This document shows, piece by piece, positions 10,203-19,736 of a DNA stretch of 64,000 nucleotides; the stretch's first letter is position 1; every line of letters begins with the position of its first letter. The notes under the pieces were generated by a model. The model had not been told where the DNA came from and made no database searches. It saw nothing but the letters and a program-made list of their open reading frames with translations. Source of the stretch: an uncultured Chloroflexia bacterium (GTDB lineage: Bacteria > Chloroflexota > Limnocylindria > Limnocylindrales > CSP1-4). The stretch lies in NCBI GenBank assembly GCA_963712745.1, contig CAVQJC010000011.1, positions 289,617 to 353,616 on the forward strand. The letters are read 5' to 3'. The position numbers and the translations under genes are program-made.

Positions 10203-10209
10203 CGTCGCA

Positions 10210-10383
10210 GCCATCCGATCTCCCGTGCCGGCGTGTACCGGTGGCGGGCTCGATGGCGTTCGCTGTCGGATGACCACTGAGGATAGGCTCGCCGGAGCGG
10301 CCGGATTCGCCGCTCTGCGTGCCATCAAGTCAGCGCCCGATCCCGACGGCATCCTCGACCCGGGCAAGGTGATGCCGGACTGA
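10210..10383 (+). pseudogene. Remnant of the extreme C-terminus of an FAD-linked (GlcD-type) oxidase
   Basis: The translation ends ...AALRAIKSAPDPDGILDPGKVMPD*, which resembles the conserved 'K..lDP.gilNPGK' tail of that family. No upstream FAD-binding domain is present. Confidence 0.35.
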
Positions 10384-10693
10384 TTGGTCGCTTTCAACGG
10401 GCCACCGGCGACCATCTTCCCGTCGTGCCGCTGTCTTCCGACCCGCTCCTGCTGAAATGGGGACGGATCAAGTGAGCATCGCATGCCCATGCGTGGCACG
10501 ATCAAGGCGGATGGAAACGCGGATCTGCTGACCAGACTTGCATCTGGAGGAGGAGCGGAGAGGCCCTGGCCGAGATCAGCGGGCTCGGCCGTGGCGCCCT
10601 TACCCCTATCGTCCCAGTCCACTAGATGGACGATGACGTTGCACAGCCATGTACCATCGAGCATCATCGCCGGTCCATGGGGTCACCAGCAGC

Positions 10694-11458
10694 ATGAGTG
10701 GTCGAAACAGCGAAGCGGGTCGATCGGTCCTCAGCAAGGCGTTCGCCATCCTCGATGCTCTGCGCGATGCCCAAGTCGACTTGACGCGAGCACAGCTGGC
10801 ACGTCGGACCGGACTACCCATGACCACCGTGCACCGATTGGCGACCGAACTGTGTGAGCACGGCGCGCTCGAGATGACGGAGCGACGGACCTACCGTGTC
10901 GGTCCGTGGCTGTGGGAGATCGGCACCCTCTCAGCGCACACCCGCACCTTTCGACATGTCGCTATCCCGTTCATGCAAGACCTCTACGACGCGACAAGGG
11001 AGAACGTGCAGCTGGCCGTGCCGGATGGTCTCGACGCACTCATCATCGAGCGCGTACGAGGTCGGACGTCCGTCCCCATCACCTCCCGAGTCGGAGGCCG
11101 CATCCCGATGCACTCGACAGGCGTAGGCAAGGCCATCCTGGCGTTCTCGCCGGATGATTTGCAGGAACAGGTGATCGCCCGGGGCCTCACGCCGCTGACG
11201 CCGTACACGATCACTGACCCTGATGTCTTCCGAGCCGAGTTAGCCGAGACACGAGAACGTGGCTACTCGGTCACGCGCATGGAGATGGCTCTCAATTCCG
11301 CGTCCGTTGGCGTGCCCATCTTCGACAGCGACGACATAGTGATCGGCGCGATCTCCTTGATCGTCGAGGCGAGTCGAGCTGACGTGGCCCGGCTGGCACC
11401 GCCGATCAAGGCCGTGGCGCGTGGTATCAGCCGAAACCTCGAGACCCGGAGGCCCTAG
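10694..11458 (+). CDS. IclR-family transcriptional regulator
   Basis: 'SVLSKAFAILDAL....LTRAQLARRTGLPMTTVHRLATEL' HTH plus a C-terminal IclR effector domain. Confidence 0.85.
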   Translation: MSGRNSEAGRSVLSKAFAILDALRDAQVDLTRAQLARRTGLPMTTVHRLATELCEHGALEMTERRTYRVGPWLWEIGTLSAHTRTFRHVAIPFMQDLYDATRENVQLAVPDGLDALIIERVRGRTSVPITSRVGGRIPMHSTGVGKAILAFSPDDLQEQVIARGLTPLTPYTITDPDVFRAELAETRERGYSVTRMEMALNSASVGVPIFDSDDIVIGAISLIVEASRADVARLAPPIKAVARGISRNLETRRP

Positions 11459-11589
11459 GCGGCGGCTCGTCTGGACCGCTGGCCACGCAGCGTAGTTGTC
11501 CACTGAGTGGTCGATACGGTTGACGCTGCCGGAACGCTCCTTCTACCGTCCGGCGAAGCTGCGACGCAGAGCACGGAGGTATCGGGGGA

Positions 11590-12618
11590 TTGGGGCAGTC
11601 CACGCAAGGCGGGAACGCGGGCGCATCGAACGGGAAGCCTGTTGACGGCTGGTCGATTCGCCGTCTGGCCATGGCTGACTGGTCCAGCGCCGTCCTCGCT
11701 CTGCTGGTCGTGCTCATGGTCGTCGGCATCGCCCACCCCAACTTCCTTGCGCCAGGGCAGCTCATCAACGTCGTGCAGAGCTCGGTCTACGCGGCCCTCA
11801 TCGCCGCGGGCCTGGTCTTCCTCATCCCTCAGAACGAGATCGACCTGTCCGTCGGCGGCAGCTACATCCTCACCGGCGTAGTGGCGGCCCTGCTCATGCG
11901 GGAGGGGTTGAACCCCTGGCTCGCTGCCACGGTCGCGATCGGCGTGGCCGTAAGCGTCGGACTGGCCAACGCCTTCACCAGCCAGGTCATCGGCATCCCC
12001 TCCCTGATCGGCACACTGGCCATGGGCTGGATGCTGCGTGGTCTCGCGCTCGCGCTAAGCAACGGGACCCAAGTGACCGGCCTCCCGATACAGGATCCCT
12101 TCTTCGAGATCCTCGGCGGCACCAAGCTCATGGGCATCCCGGTGTCGGTCATCCTGCTCGTCGTCGTCGGACTGATCCTGACCATCGTCATGCGCAACAC
12201 GCCGTTCGGCTTCCGGGTGCGAGAGATCGGCTCCAACCCCGATGCGGCTGAGTTCTCCGGTATCCCCATCCGGCGGACCAAGACCATGGGCTTCATGCTC
12301 GCCGGCTTCATGGCCGGTCTTGCCGGCGTCGTCGCCGTCGCATTCTTCACCACCGGAGATCCCCAGAGCGGCGGAGGCATCGAGCTCTACGCCGTGGCCG
12401 GCGCGGTCATCGGCGGCACGCCGCTCGCGGGCGGCAAGGCCACGGTCTTCGGCGCCATGGTCGGAGCCATCCTGCTGACCGCCGTGGCGGTCGGCCTCGT
12501 CTACTTCCAGATCCCAGCGGTCTGGGCCCAGTTCGCGACCGGCGCCGTCATCCTCGGTGCGGTCTCCGTAGATGGCCTCGTCCAGCGTCAGCGGCGCCGC
12601 GCGGCCCGGCAGGAGTAG
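11590..12618 (+). CDS. Sugar ABC transporter permease (CUT2/RbsC-like); start uncertain (TTG 11590 or ATG 11671)
   Basis: Multi-TM protein with 'NEIDLSVGG' and a C-terminal 'GGTPLAGGKATVFGA', as in ribose-type permeases. Confidence 0.85.
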   Translation: MGQSTQGGNAGASNGKPVDGWSIRRLAMADWSSAVLALLVVLMVVGIAHPNFLAPGQLINVVQSSVYAALIAAGLVFLIPQNEIDLSVGGSYILTGVVAALLMREGLNPWLAATVAIGVAVSVGLANAFTSQVIGIPSLIGTLAMGWMLRGLALALSNGTQVTGLPIQDPFFEILGGTKLMGIPVSVILLVVVGLILTIVMRNTPFGFRVREIGSNPDAAEFSGIPIRRTKTMGFMLAGFMAGLAGVVAVAFFTTGDPQSGGGIELYAVAGAVIGGTPLAGGKATVFGAMVGAILLTAVAVGLVYFQIPAVWAQFATGAVILGAVSVDGLVQRQRRRAARQE

Positions 12619-12709
12619 GACAGGTGCCGCCACCACATGCCGGATCGGCCGACCTTTCGGACCGGTCCAGGTGTCTCAACCCCTTCACAGGGACAAGGAG
12701 GAAGTGGAC

Positions 12710-13717
12710 ATGAGTCCTCGGATCGAGACTACGGGCCGGCGAAGCACGCGTCTGGGACGCGTCGCTATCGTTGCGGCCGCGACCCTCGTTCTTGCCGCCA
12801 TGGGCGGTGCCAGCGCGTTCGCACAGGACGAGGAGACGGCAGAGATCGGCTTCGTCTTCTGGGAGACGAAGACCGACGCCTTCGTGCAGATGGCCAACGG
12901 CGGTAAGGCCGTCGGCGATCTCGATCCGCGTGTCAACGTGGAGCGCGCCGCGCCCGACACCGGCGATCCGCAGCGCCAGGCGGCGCTGTTCGGGCCCATT
13001 GCCCAGACGCAGACGGACGGCATCGTCCTGCAGAGCCTGGCCGCTGACCCGCTGTTCCGCGTGGTCAAGGAAGCCACCGACAACGGGATCCCCGTCGCGG
13101 CCATCGACGCCCCACCGCCCAACGACGCGGGCGTGGGCCTCTTCATCACCGCTGACAACCACGGCCTCGGCATGCAGCTGGCGGAAGCCGTCCTGGCCCT
13201 GGTTCCTGAGGATGCCAGCGGCACGGTCATCATCGGCAACACCGGCGTCGGCGTCCCGCCGCTCGACCAGCGAGCACAGGGCATGATCGACAAGATCAGT
13301 GAGCTCCGCCCGGACCTCCAGATCGTTGGTCCCATCTCCACCATGGGCACGGCGGCCACCTCGGCCGAGGTCTACGCAGCCTGGGACGGACTGCTCAAGA
13401 ACAACCCCGATGCGGTCGCGGTCATGGCGCCTAGCGCGCAGGACGCGACGGCCATGGGATTGCTCGCCAAGCGCGCCGACTTCGATCTGCCGTCCGGTGG
13501 CTTCGACCTCGAGGCCGGCAACCTGCAGGCCGTCAAGGAAGGCACCGTCGACTACGTGATGTCTCCTGAGCACTGGCTCAGCGGCTACGTGGCCACGCGT
13601 GCACTGGCGAATGCGGCCCTCGCAGGTGAGGACCCCATCCAGGGCCTCATGCTCCTGCCGGGTCTGCTGGTGAGCTCCGAGAACGTGGACGAGATCGATC
13701 GCTCGCCAGGAGAGTGA
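12710..13717 (+). CDS. Sugar ABC substrate-binding protein (PBP type I). The C-terminus is probably truncated by a frame break (+1 frame continues to 13808).
   Basis: GGAGGAAG SD, signal peptide (...AAMGGASAFAQDEE), periplasmic-binding fold length. The +1 frame after 13706 stays G/C-rich at third positions for 33 more codons. Confidence 0.85.
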   Translation: MSPRIETTGRRSTRLGRVAIVAAATLVLAAMGGASAFAQDEETAEIGFVFWETKTDAFVQMANGGKAVGDLDPRVNVERAAPDTGDPQRQAALFGPIAQTQTDGIVLQSLAADPLFRVVKEATDNGIPVAAIDAPPPNDAGVGLFITADNHGLGMQLAEAVLALVPEDASGTVIIGNTGVGVPPLDQRAQGMIDKISELRPDLQIVGPISTMGTAATSAEVYAAWDGLLKNNPDAVAVMAPSAQDATAMGLLAKRADFDLPSGGFDLEAGNLQAVKEGTVDYVMSPEHWLSGYVATRALANAALAGEDPIQGLMLLPGLLVSSENVDEIDRSPGE

Positions 13718-13829
13718 GGAGACCGTATCGGCCGCCCTCGCTCCCGTCGGCGATGACATCGTGGCGAACGCGGAACAGTACATCGTGAACACCTGGCCGC
13801 CGAGCTGATCGGCTAGGACTCGCACTTCG

Positions 13830-15377
13830 ATGACCGCTTTCGAGGCGCAGGGCGTCCGCAAGACCTATGGAGGCGTCGTGGCACTCCACGGCGCCGACTT
13901 CGCCGTCCGCCCGGGCAGCGTGCACGCGCTGCTCGGGGAGAATGGGGCGGGGAAGTCCACGCTGGTCAAGGTCATGACCGGCGCCGTCCGGCCCGACTCG
14001 GGCACCGTGCGCCTCGATGGCAACGAGGTCAGCTTCAGGAACACCGCCGACGCCGTCTCGCACGGCGTCGCGGTCGTGGCCCAGGAGCTGAGCCTCTTTC
14101 CCCATCTCGACATCCTGGCCAACCTGTTCCCCATGCGTGAGCCGCGACGCGGACCTCTGGTCGATCGCAAACGCATGCTACAGCTGGCTACCCCGGTACT
14201 CGAACGACTCGGCGTCGAGCACCATCCTTCCACTCGCATCAGTGAACTCTCACTCGCCGATCGCCAGCTGGTCGAGATCGCCAAGGCACTCGTCGCTGAG
14301 CCGCGCGTTCTGCTGCTCGATGAGCCCACTTCAGCGCTGGAGACCGGTGACAGCGAACGGCTGCTGGGCATCCTGCGCGTGCTGCGCGAGCGCGACGTCG
14401 CTGTCGTCTACGTCTCGCACATCCTCGAGGAGGTCATGCGCCTCTGCGACGAAGTGACCGTGCTGCGTGACGGCTACGTCGTCATGAGTGGCGAGCAGCT
14501 CGCTGAGCTTAACCTTGAGACCATCGTCGCCGCCATGCTGGGGAAGGACGACGAGAGGGTGTCGAAGGGGCCGGGGGTCGATGTGGGCGTCCCGGCCATC
14601 AAGGCCAGCCCGCCACTGACCGCCGATGCCACTCCGGCCGAGCTGGTGCTCGATGGCGTCAGCTCGAAAGCGGGCCTGAACGACGTGAGCTTGCGGGTCG
14701 CGGCTGGCGAGGTCGTCGGACTCGCCGGCCTCCAGGGGTCCGGCCCCGGGGCCGTGCTCAGCGCGATCGCCGGGATATCGGACATCAGCGCCGGTGAGAT
14801 CCGCCTGCCCGGCGAGCAGGTACGCCCGACCTCCTTCCGCCAGGCCATCGACCGCGGGGTGGCTTTCGTCTCTGGCGACCGGCGCCGGTTGGGGCTCATG
14901 CTCGACAAGCCCATCTGGGAGAACATCGTCCAGGTCCGCACCATGGGCATGGCCCGCGACGGCATGCTGTTGCGAACCGGACAGCTGCGTGAACGTGCGG
15001 CCAAGTTGGCACAGGAGCTCGGCGTGAGAACGCCGTCGGTCACCATCAACGCCGGCAATCTCTCTGGTGGCAACCAACAGAAGGTCGTCATCGCCAAGTG
15101 GATGGACTCCGACCCGACCACGTTCTTGCTCGACGACCCCACCCGTGGCGTCGATGTCGGCGCCCGACAGGAGATCAATGCGCTCTTGCGCACCGCAGCG
15201 GCCGGAGGCGCCGTGGTCATGTTCCTGTCCACAGACCTCGAGGAGCTGGCCACCGGCTGCGACCGCGTCCTCGTCTTCTATCGGGGCTCGATCTGTGCCG
15301 AACTGAGTGGCCCAGGGCTGACCGCGCCGGCGCTGCTGCAGCTCATGAATACCGGCACCGTCGAGGAGGCTGCTTGA
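13830..15377 (+). CDS. Sugar ABC transporter ATP-binding protein (duplicated ATPase, RbsA-like)
   Basis: Walker A 'GENGAGKST', signature 'LSLADRQLVEI' / 'LSGGNQQKV', two NBD halves, 515 aa. Confidence 0.9.
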   Translation: MTAFEAQGVRKTYGGVVALHGADFAVRPGSVHALLGENGAGKSTLVKVMTGAVRPDSGTVRLDGNEVSFRNTADAVSHGVAVVAQELSLFPHLDILANLFPMREPRRGPLVDRKRMLQLATPVLERLGVEHHPSTRISELSLADRQLVEIAKALVAEPRVLLLDEPTSALETGDSERLLGILRVLRERDVAVVYVSHILEEVMRLCDEVTVLRDGYVVMSGEQLAELNLETIVAAMLGKDDERVSKGPGVDVGVPAIKASPPLTADATPAELVLDGVSSKAGLNDVSLRVAAGEVVGLAGLQGSGPGAVLSAIAGISDISAGEIRLPGEQVRPTSFRQAIDRGVAFVSGDRRRLGLMLDKPIWENIVQVRTMGMARDGMLLRTGQLRERAAKLAQELGVRTPSVTINAGNLSGGNQQKVVIAKWMDSDPTTFLLDDPTRGVDVGARQEINALLRTAAAGGAVVMFLSTDLEELATGCDRVLVFYRGSICAELSGPGLTAPALLQLMNTGTVEEAA

Positions 15378-15378
15378 G

Positions 15379-16275
15379 ATGGCATCACCTTGGCCACTGA
15401 CCACCGGGCCATTGCCCGAGATCCAGCTCCGCGATCACGGTGTACGCACCCGTGCGGGCGCGATCTACTCTGTGCTTGAGGGCTATCGTCCACTTCGCCT
15501 GGATCTCTACCTACCGCCAGTGACGCGAGCTCCGGCACCGGTGGTCGTGTGGATCCACGGCGGGGCGTTCATGCACGGTGACCGGACCGCGTTGCCGCCA
15601 CTGCTCGAGCAGGAGCGCCTGTTCACGCGGCTGCCGCTGGCCGGCTATGCGGTGGCCTCGATCGAGTATCGCCTGAGCGGCGAGGCGATCTTTCCGGCTC
15701 AGCTCGAGGACGTGCAGGCCGGCATCCGCTGGCTGCGCGCTCGGGCCCACGAGCTTGAGATCGACCCTGCGCGCATGGCCGCTTGGGGTGAGTCAGCCGG
15801 TGGCCACCTGGCAGCCTTCGCTGGAGTCGCCGGTCGCCTCGACGCGACCGATGACGACGTGGAGTTCGCCGAACAGCCCACGAACGTCTCGGCCGTCGTG
15901 GACTGGTATGGGCCGACCGACTTCTCATCGATGGACCGGCAGGCAGGCGAGATCTCACGCATGAATCACGACGACCCCAATTCGCCGGAGTCGCGGCTCA
16001 TCGGAGCCCCGGTCCAGGAACGTCTCGACCTCGTAGAGCGCGCGGACCCGGCGATGCGTGCTACGGCTGCGACTCCGCCGTTCCTGGTCATGCATGGCAC
16101 CCGGGATGGGCTGGTGCCCTTTGGCCAGAGCCAGCACCTAGTGAGCCGGCTGAACGAGCTCGGTGTTTCCGTGGAGTTCCGCCCGGTCGAAGGCGCCGAT
16201 CACGTCTTCGAGGGCTTCGAGAAGGGGGGTGTTTTGGTAGACGAGGTGGTCGACTTCCTCGAACGCACTCTGTGA
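15379..16275 (+). CDS. Alpha/beta-hydrolase (HSL/esterase-lipase type)
   Basis: 'VWIHGGAFMHGD' oxyanion-hole motif and 'GESAGGHLA' nucleophile elbow. Starts 1 nt after the ATPase stop. Confidence 0.85.
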   Translation: MASPWPLTTGPLPEIQLRDHGVRTRAGAIYSVLEGYRPLRLDLYLPPVTRAPAPVVVWIHGGAFMHGDRTALPPLLEQERLFTRLPLAGYAVASIEYRLSGEAIFPAQLEDVQAGIRWLRARAHELEIDPARMAAWGESAGGHLAAFAGVAGRLDATDDDVEFAEQPTNVSAVVDWYGPTDFSSMDRQAGEISRMNHDDPNSPESRLIGAPVQERLDLVERADPAMRATAATPPFLVMHGTRDGLVPFGQSQHLVSRLNELGVSVEFRPVEGADHVFEGFEKGGVLVDEVVDFLERTL

Positions 16276-16418
16276 CCCGGGACTGAACCGGGTAGCAACC
16301 GACCGTCGCACCTCCGCGGACGGTCGAGGGGCATCGACCTCATCGCCGCAGCGAACGCGTCACGCGACAGGGCATATCCCGCGTGCGTGCCTGTTCGACT
16401 TGCGCGCCAACGACACTG

Positions 16419-17387
16419 ATGAGCGCACCAAACACCCGCACCGACACCACCGGCGTGGCCATCGTCTTCGGGGCAGCGGCGGCGCTGGGCACCCTCGGCG
16501 TCATCTCCAACCTGGCCTACGACGCCGGTATGTCGGCCGCGGTCTTCACGGCCCTGCGCGCGGCGCTCGGGACGGTGATCCTGGGCACGCTGGTACTGCT
16601 TCACCTCCAGCCCAGCACCAGCATCCGAGCACTGCCACGGCGCGAGAAGCGCCTGTTCCTCATCGCCATCGTGACGAACGGCTCCATGAACCTGTTGCTC
16701 TTCGCGGGCTTCGAGGTGATGACGGTGGCCCTGGTCATGACGGTCTTCTACACGTACCCCTTGATGGTGATGGTCGTCCAGGCTGTGCGCGGTCAGGAGC
16801 TGGTCACGCCGACACGCGTAGCCGCTCTGATCGTGGCCATGGCTGGACTCCTGCTGGTCATCGGCAGCCAGGTCGGACCGGACGCACACGTCTCGCTGGC
16901 AGGCATCGCGCTGGGGCTGGCTGCGGCGATGTGCCAAGCGGCCTACCTGGTCGTGTCTCGCGACGGCTATCCCTCCGTGCCCGCGGTGCAGGCAACCTCG
17001 TTGGTGCTCGTCGGCGGCGTGCTCATTTCAGGCTCCGCCGCGATCCTCACGGGCGGGGTCGGGTCGGTCAGCACGTGGGCCTCGGAGCCGGTCGCCTGGC
17101 TGGCCGTGATCGTGGCGGGAACGCTCGGTGCTGCCATCCCCAAGGTCATGCTGCTGGTGGGCGTCCGCCGTATCGGCGGCACACGCACAGCCACGGTCAT
17201 GCTCTCCGAGCCGGTGATGGCTGCCGCCTTCGCCGCCGTCGCATTGGGCCAGGAGGTGACCGTGGCTGAGGTCATCGGCGGGGCGGCGATCCTCCTGGGT
17301 GCTGCGCTGGTGCAGCGTCCATCAAGGCGCGACGCCGAAGCCCCCGGTCCGCCCGGGGCCGAGAGTGCCTGGGCCCCTCACGAGTGA
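16419..17387 (+). CDS. DMT-superfamily (EamA-like) transporter
   Basis: About ten hydrophobic helices in two EamA-like halves. No other motif. Confidence 0.8.
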   Translation: MSAPNTRTDTTGVAIVFGAAAALGTLGVISNLAYDAGMSAAVFTALRAALGTVILGTLVLLHLQPSTSIRALPRREKRLFLIAIVTNGSMNLLLFAGFEVMTVALVMTVFYTYPLMVMVVQAVRGQELVTPTRVAALIVAMAGLLLVIGSQVGPDAHVSLAGIALGLAAAMCQAAYLVVSRDGYPSVPAVQATSLVLVGGVLISGSAAILTGGVGSVSTWASEPVAWLAVIVAGTLGAAIPKVMLLVGVRRIGGTRTATVMLSEPVMAAAFAAVALGQEVTVAEVIGGAAILLGAALVQRPSRRDAEAPGPPGAESAWAPHE

Positions 17388-17417
17388 GCGCACCGCGAAA
17401 GCTGCGGCGCAAAGGAA

Positions 17418-17465
17418 TGGTTGGCGAGGAAGGATTCGGGCCCTTCGATCCCCTGATCCCGAGGC
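17418..17465 (-). repeat. Degenerate copy of the 3' half of tRNA-Gln (anticodon loop to CCA); att-like relic
   Basis: Same orientation as the tRNA-Gln at 28434..28508. Perfect 17-nt block 17422-17438 = 28438-28454, and perfect 12-nt block 17448-17459 = 28463-28474. About 6 mismatches and 1 indel overall. Confidence 0.8.
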
Positions 17466-17636
17466 GCCACGCTCGATCCGGCTCTCCTGACTCGTGATCC
17501 TCGGATGCTGTAGTGGTGTCTCCACTGTGGGTCAGAGGAGACGATCGGATGTGCCGACCTTGGCGGCTCTCAGCCATGGCGGGCTTGGGCGTGCCTCGGT
17601 TGTTCCCATCGTTCCTCTTCGGCTCCGTCGGTCAGG

Positions 17637-19736
17637 TCAGGTCTCTGCGAACAGATGTCTGGAGATCACGTGGTCCTGATACTCAGGCGACAGATCACAG
17701 AAGTAGCCGCTCCAGCCCCAGACCCGAACGATGAGGTCACGGTGGTCCTCGGGATGCGCCTTGGCCTCGATGAGCTTGCTCGCGCTCAGCGCGTTCAGCT
17801 GCAGTTGCTGGCCGCCGAGCTGGGCGAACGTGCGCACGAGCGTCGCGACCTTGCCGATCGAGCCCTCGCCCCGGAAGACCGAGTCGGAGAGCTCCAGCGT
17901 GATAGGGCCACCGTTGCAGATGCGACCGTAGTCGAGCTTGGAGTAGGACTGCAGGACGCTGATCGGGCCCCGCAGCCGGGTCCCTGGCGTGGGCGCAAGG
18001 TTTGCGCCGAATGGATCCCCCCGCCGGCGTCCGTCCGCTGTCGGACCGACGACGGGCTCAGGCAGCGGCCCGTCGCTGCGCCCCCGTGCGAGCCACAGGT
18101 AGTACATGGCCGTACCAGTGCCCGGGCGGACCACCAGCCCAGACCGATCGAGCTCCGCCTCGCAGGCGTCCGCCAGCCAGTCGTAGAGCTTCACGAGCAA
18201 GTCATCCACGAGCGGCTCATTCAGGCCAACGTGAGGACTCTCATTGGCCAGCCGGTTCCGGAGCGCCTCGTGACCGACGAAGTCATCATCGAGCGCACGG
18301 AGCACGTCTGCCGGCTCCGTGTCCGCCAGCTCGAAGACGTGCCGCTGGATCGCTGCGAGCGAGTCGGCCGCGCTCGCAGCGGCCGCGCCGTGGATACCGA
18401 GATTGCGGTACCTCGCCCCGCGGCCGTGATCGACACCGCGTTCCAGAGCGTTGGTCATGAGGACGGAGTACCAGGGCGCGGGCGCCCAGAGGAGTCGTTC
18501 ATATGGAGTTGTCCGCTCGCGGACCTGAAGGGCGATCTGCTCTCTGGTCAGGTCGAGGATGTCCTCGAAGGAAGCACCCGCATCCAGCCCCTCACGGATG
18601 GCATGGTCGGCCGCGGCCGGGAACGACACGGCGCCGATGTTGCCGACATCCATGCCACGACCCGGGATGATGAACTCCCAGCACGCAGCCACGGTGTAGT
18701 CGCGCGCATCCTCGAGGTCGTAGCCATGGCTCGCAAGGGCGGGGATGACGACATCATCGTTGGCGTACTGGGGGAAGCCAAGGCCCTTTCGTGTGAGCTC
18801 GGTGGCGAGCTCCAGAAGGGACTGGTCGGTAGCGGCGTTGATACGCAGGTTGACCTTGGGGTCGATAAGCCCGACATCCCGGGCCACGCGAAGAGCCATC
18901 CAAGTCAGTGGATTGACTGCGGAGTCACCAGCCGGCGTGGTGCCACCGAGCGTCATCGACTGACCGTTGTCTCCCTGCTGGATACCGGGATAGAGGTCGG
19001 AATCCCGATTGAGGGCGATGAAGAACTCGGCCAGCAGTTCCTCGGCGTCGGCTTCATCGAGGCGGTCCGATCCAAGGTCGGCCGACAGGTACGGCCAGAG
19101 GTACTGATCCAGACGGCCAAGCCCGACATGATGGTGTCCCGACAGCCAGACGATCGCCTGGAGGAAGCGCAGCGACTGCAGGGCTTCGTGGAAGGTTCGT
19201 GCCCCGTGCGCCGGCACATGCTCCAGTACCCGGGCCACCTCTTCCTTGCCCAGACGACGTGCCTCCGCCGCGTACCTGCCAGCCAGTGCGATGACGGCGT
19301 CGACGGTCTCGACTGCCGCATCGGTGAACTCGATCGCGTCATCGTCGCCGACGGCCACAGCTCGCGCGCGGGTCTCCAAGGCGACTCGGCGCCGCCCGGC
19401 AAGGCCCTGTCCGAGGGCCATGGCCCAGTCGGCACAGACGTTGTTGATGACCCCACCCTCGTGCAGGGTCCGACCCTCAGTCAGGGCCGCGAGGTCCGAG
19501 GTCGTATAGACGTCCGGGATGTCACGGAGGGTCCGGGTGAAGACGATGCGTTCTTCGGGCTCGATGACGACCCGTTCCGCTTCACACATGCGCCTTGTGA
19601 GCCGGGCTCGCCGCATCGGCCAGGAGAGACCCTGGCCATCGCACTCGCTGATGAGCTCTGGGGAGGCGCTTTGCCGGAAGCGCACGAAGTACCCGTCGCG
19701 CGTCCGCGCGCGCAGTCCTGTCAGTCTCTCGTTCAT
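17637..19736 (-). CDS. Glycyl-radical enzyme, PFL2/dehydratase-lyase-like, unusually compact (~699 aa)
   Basis: C-terminal 'DLIVRVWGWSGYFCDLSPEYQDHVISR' (RVxG Gly-radical motif). Cys-x-Glu loop 'TVAACWEFIIPGRG'. ATGA overlap with the activase stop. The ORF-track N-terminal extension to 19910 overlaps the activase and is rejected. Confidence 0.85.
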   Translation of the reverse strand: MNERLTGLRARTRDGYFVRFRQSASPELISECDGQGLSWPMRRARLTRRMCEAERVVIEPEERIVFTRTLRDIPDVYTTSDLAALTEGRTLHEGGVINNVCADWAMALGQGLAGRRRVALETRARAVAVGDDDAIEFTDAAVETVDAVIALAGRYAAEARRLGKEEVARVLEHVPAHGARTFHEALQSLRFLQAIVWLSGHHHVGLGRLDQYLWPYLSADLGSDRLDEADAEELLAEFFIALNRDSDLYPGIQQGDNGQSMTLGGTTPAGDSAVNPLTWMALRVARDVGLIDPKVNLRINAATDQSLLELATELTRKGLGFPQYANDDVVIPALASHGYDLEDARDYTVAACWEFIIPGRGMDVGNIGAVSFPAAADHAIREGLDAGASFEDILDLTREQIALQVRERTTPYERLLWAPAPWYSVLMTNALERGVDHGRGARYRNLGIHGAAAASAADSLAAIQRHVFELADTEPADVLRALDDDFVGHEALRNRLANESPHVGLNEPLVDDLLVKLYDWLADACEAELDRSGLVVRPGTGTAMYYLWLARGRSDGPLPEPVVGPTADGRRRGDPFGANLAPTPGTRLRGPISVLQSYSKLDYGRICNGGPITLELSDSVFRGEGSIGKVATLVRTFAQLGGQQLQLNALSASKLIEAKAHPEDHRDLIVRVWGWSGYFCDLSPEYQDHVISRHLFAET

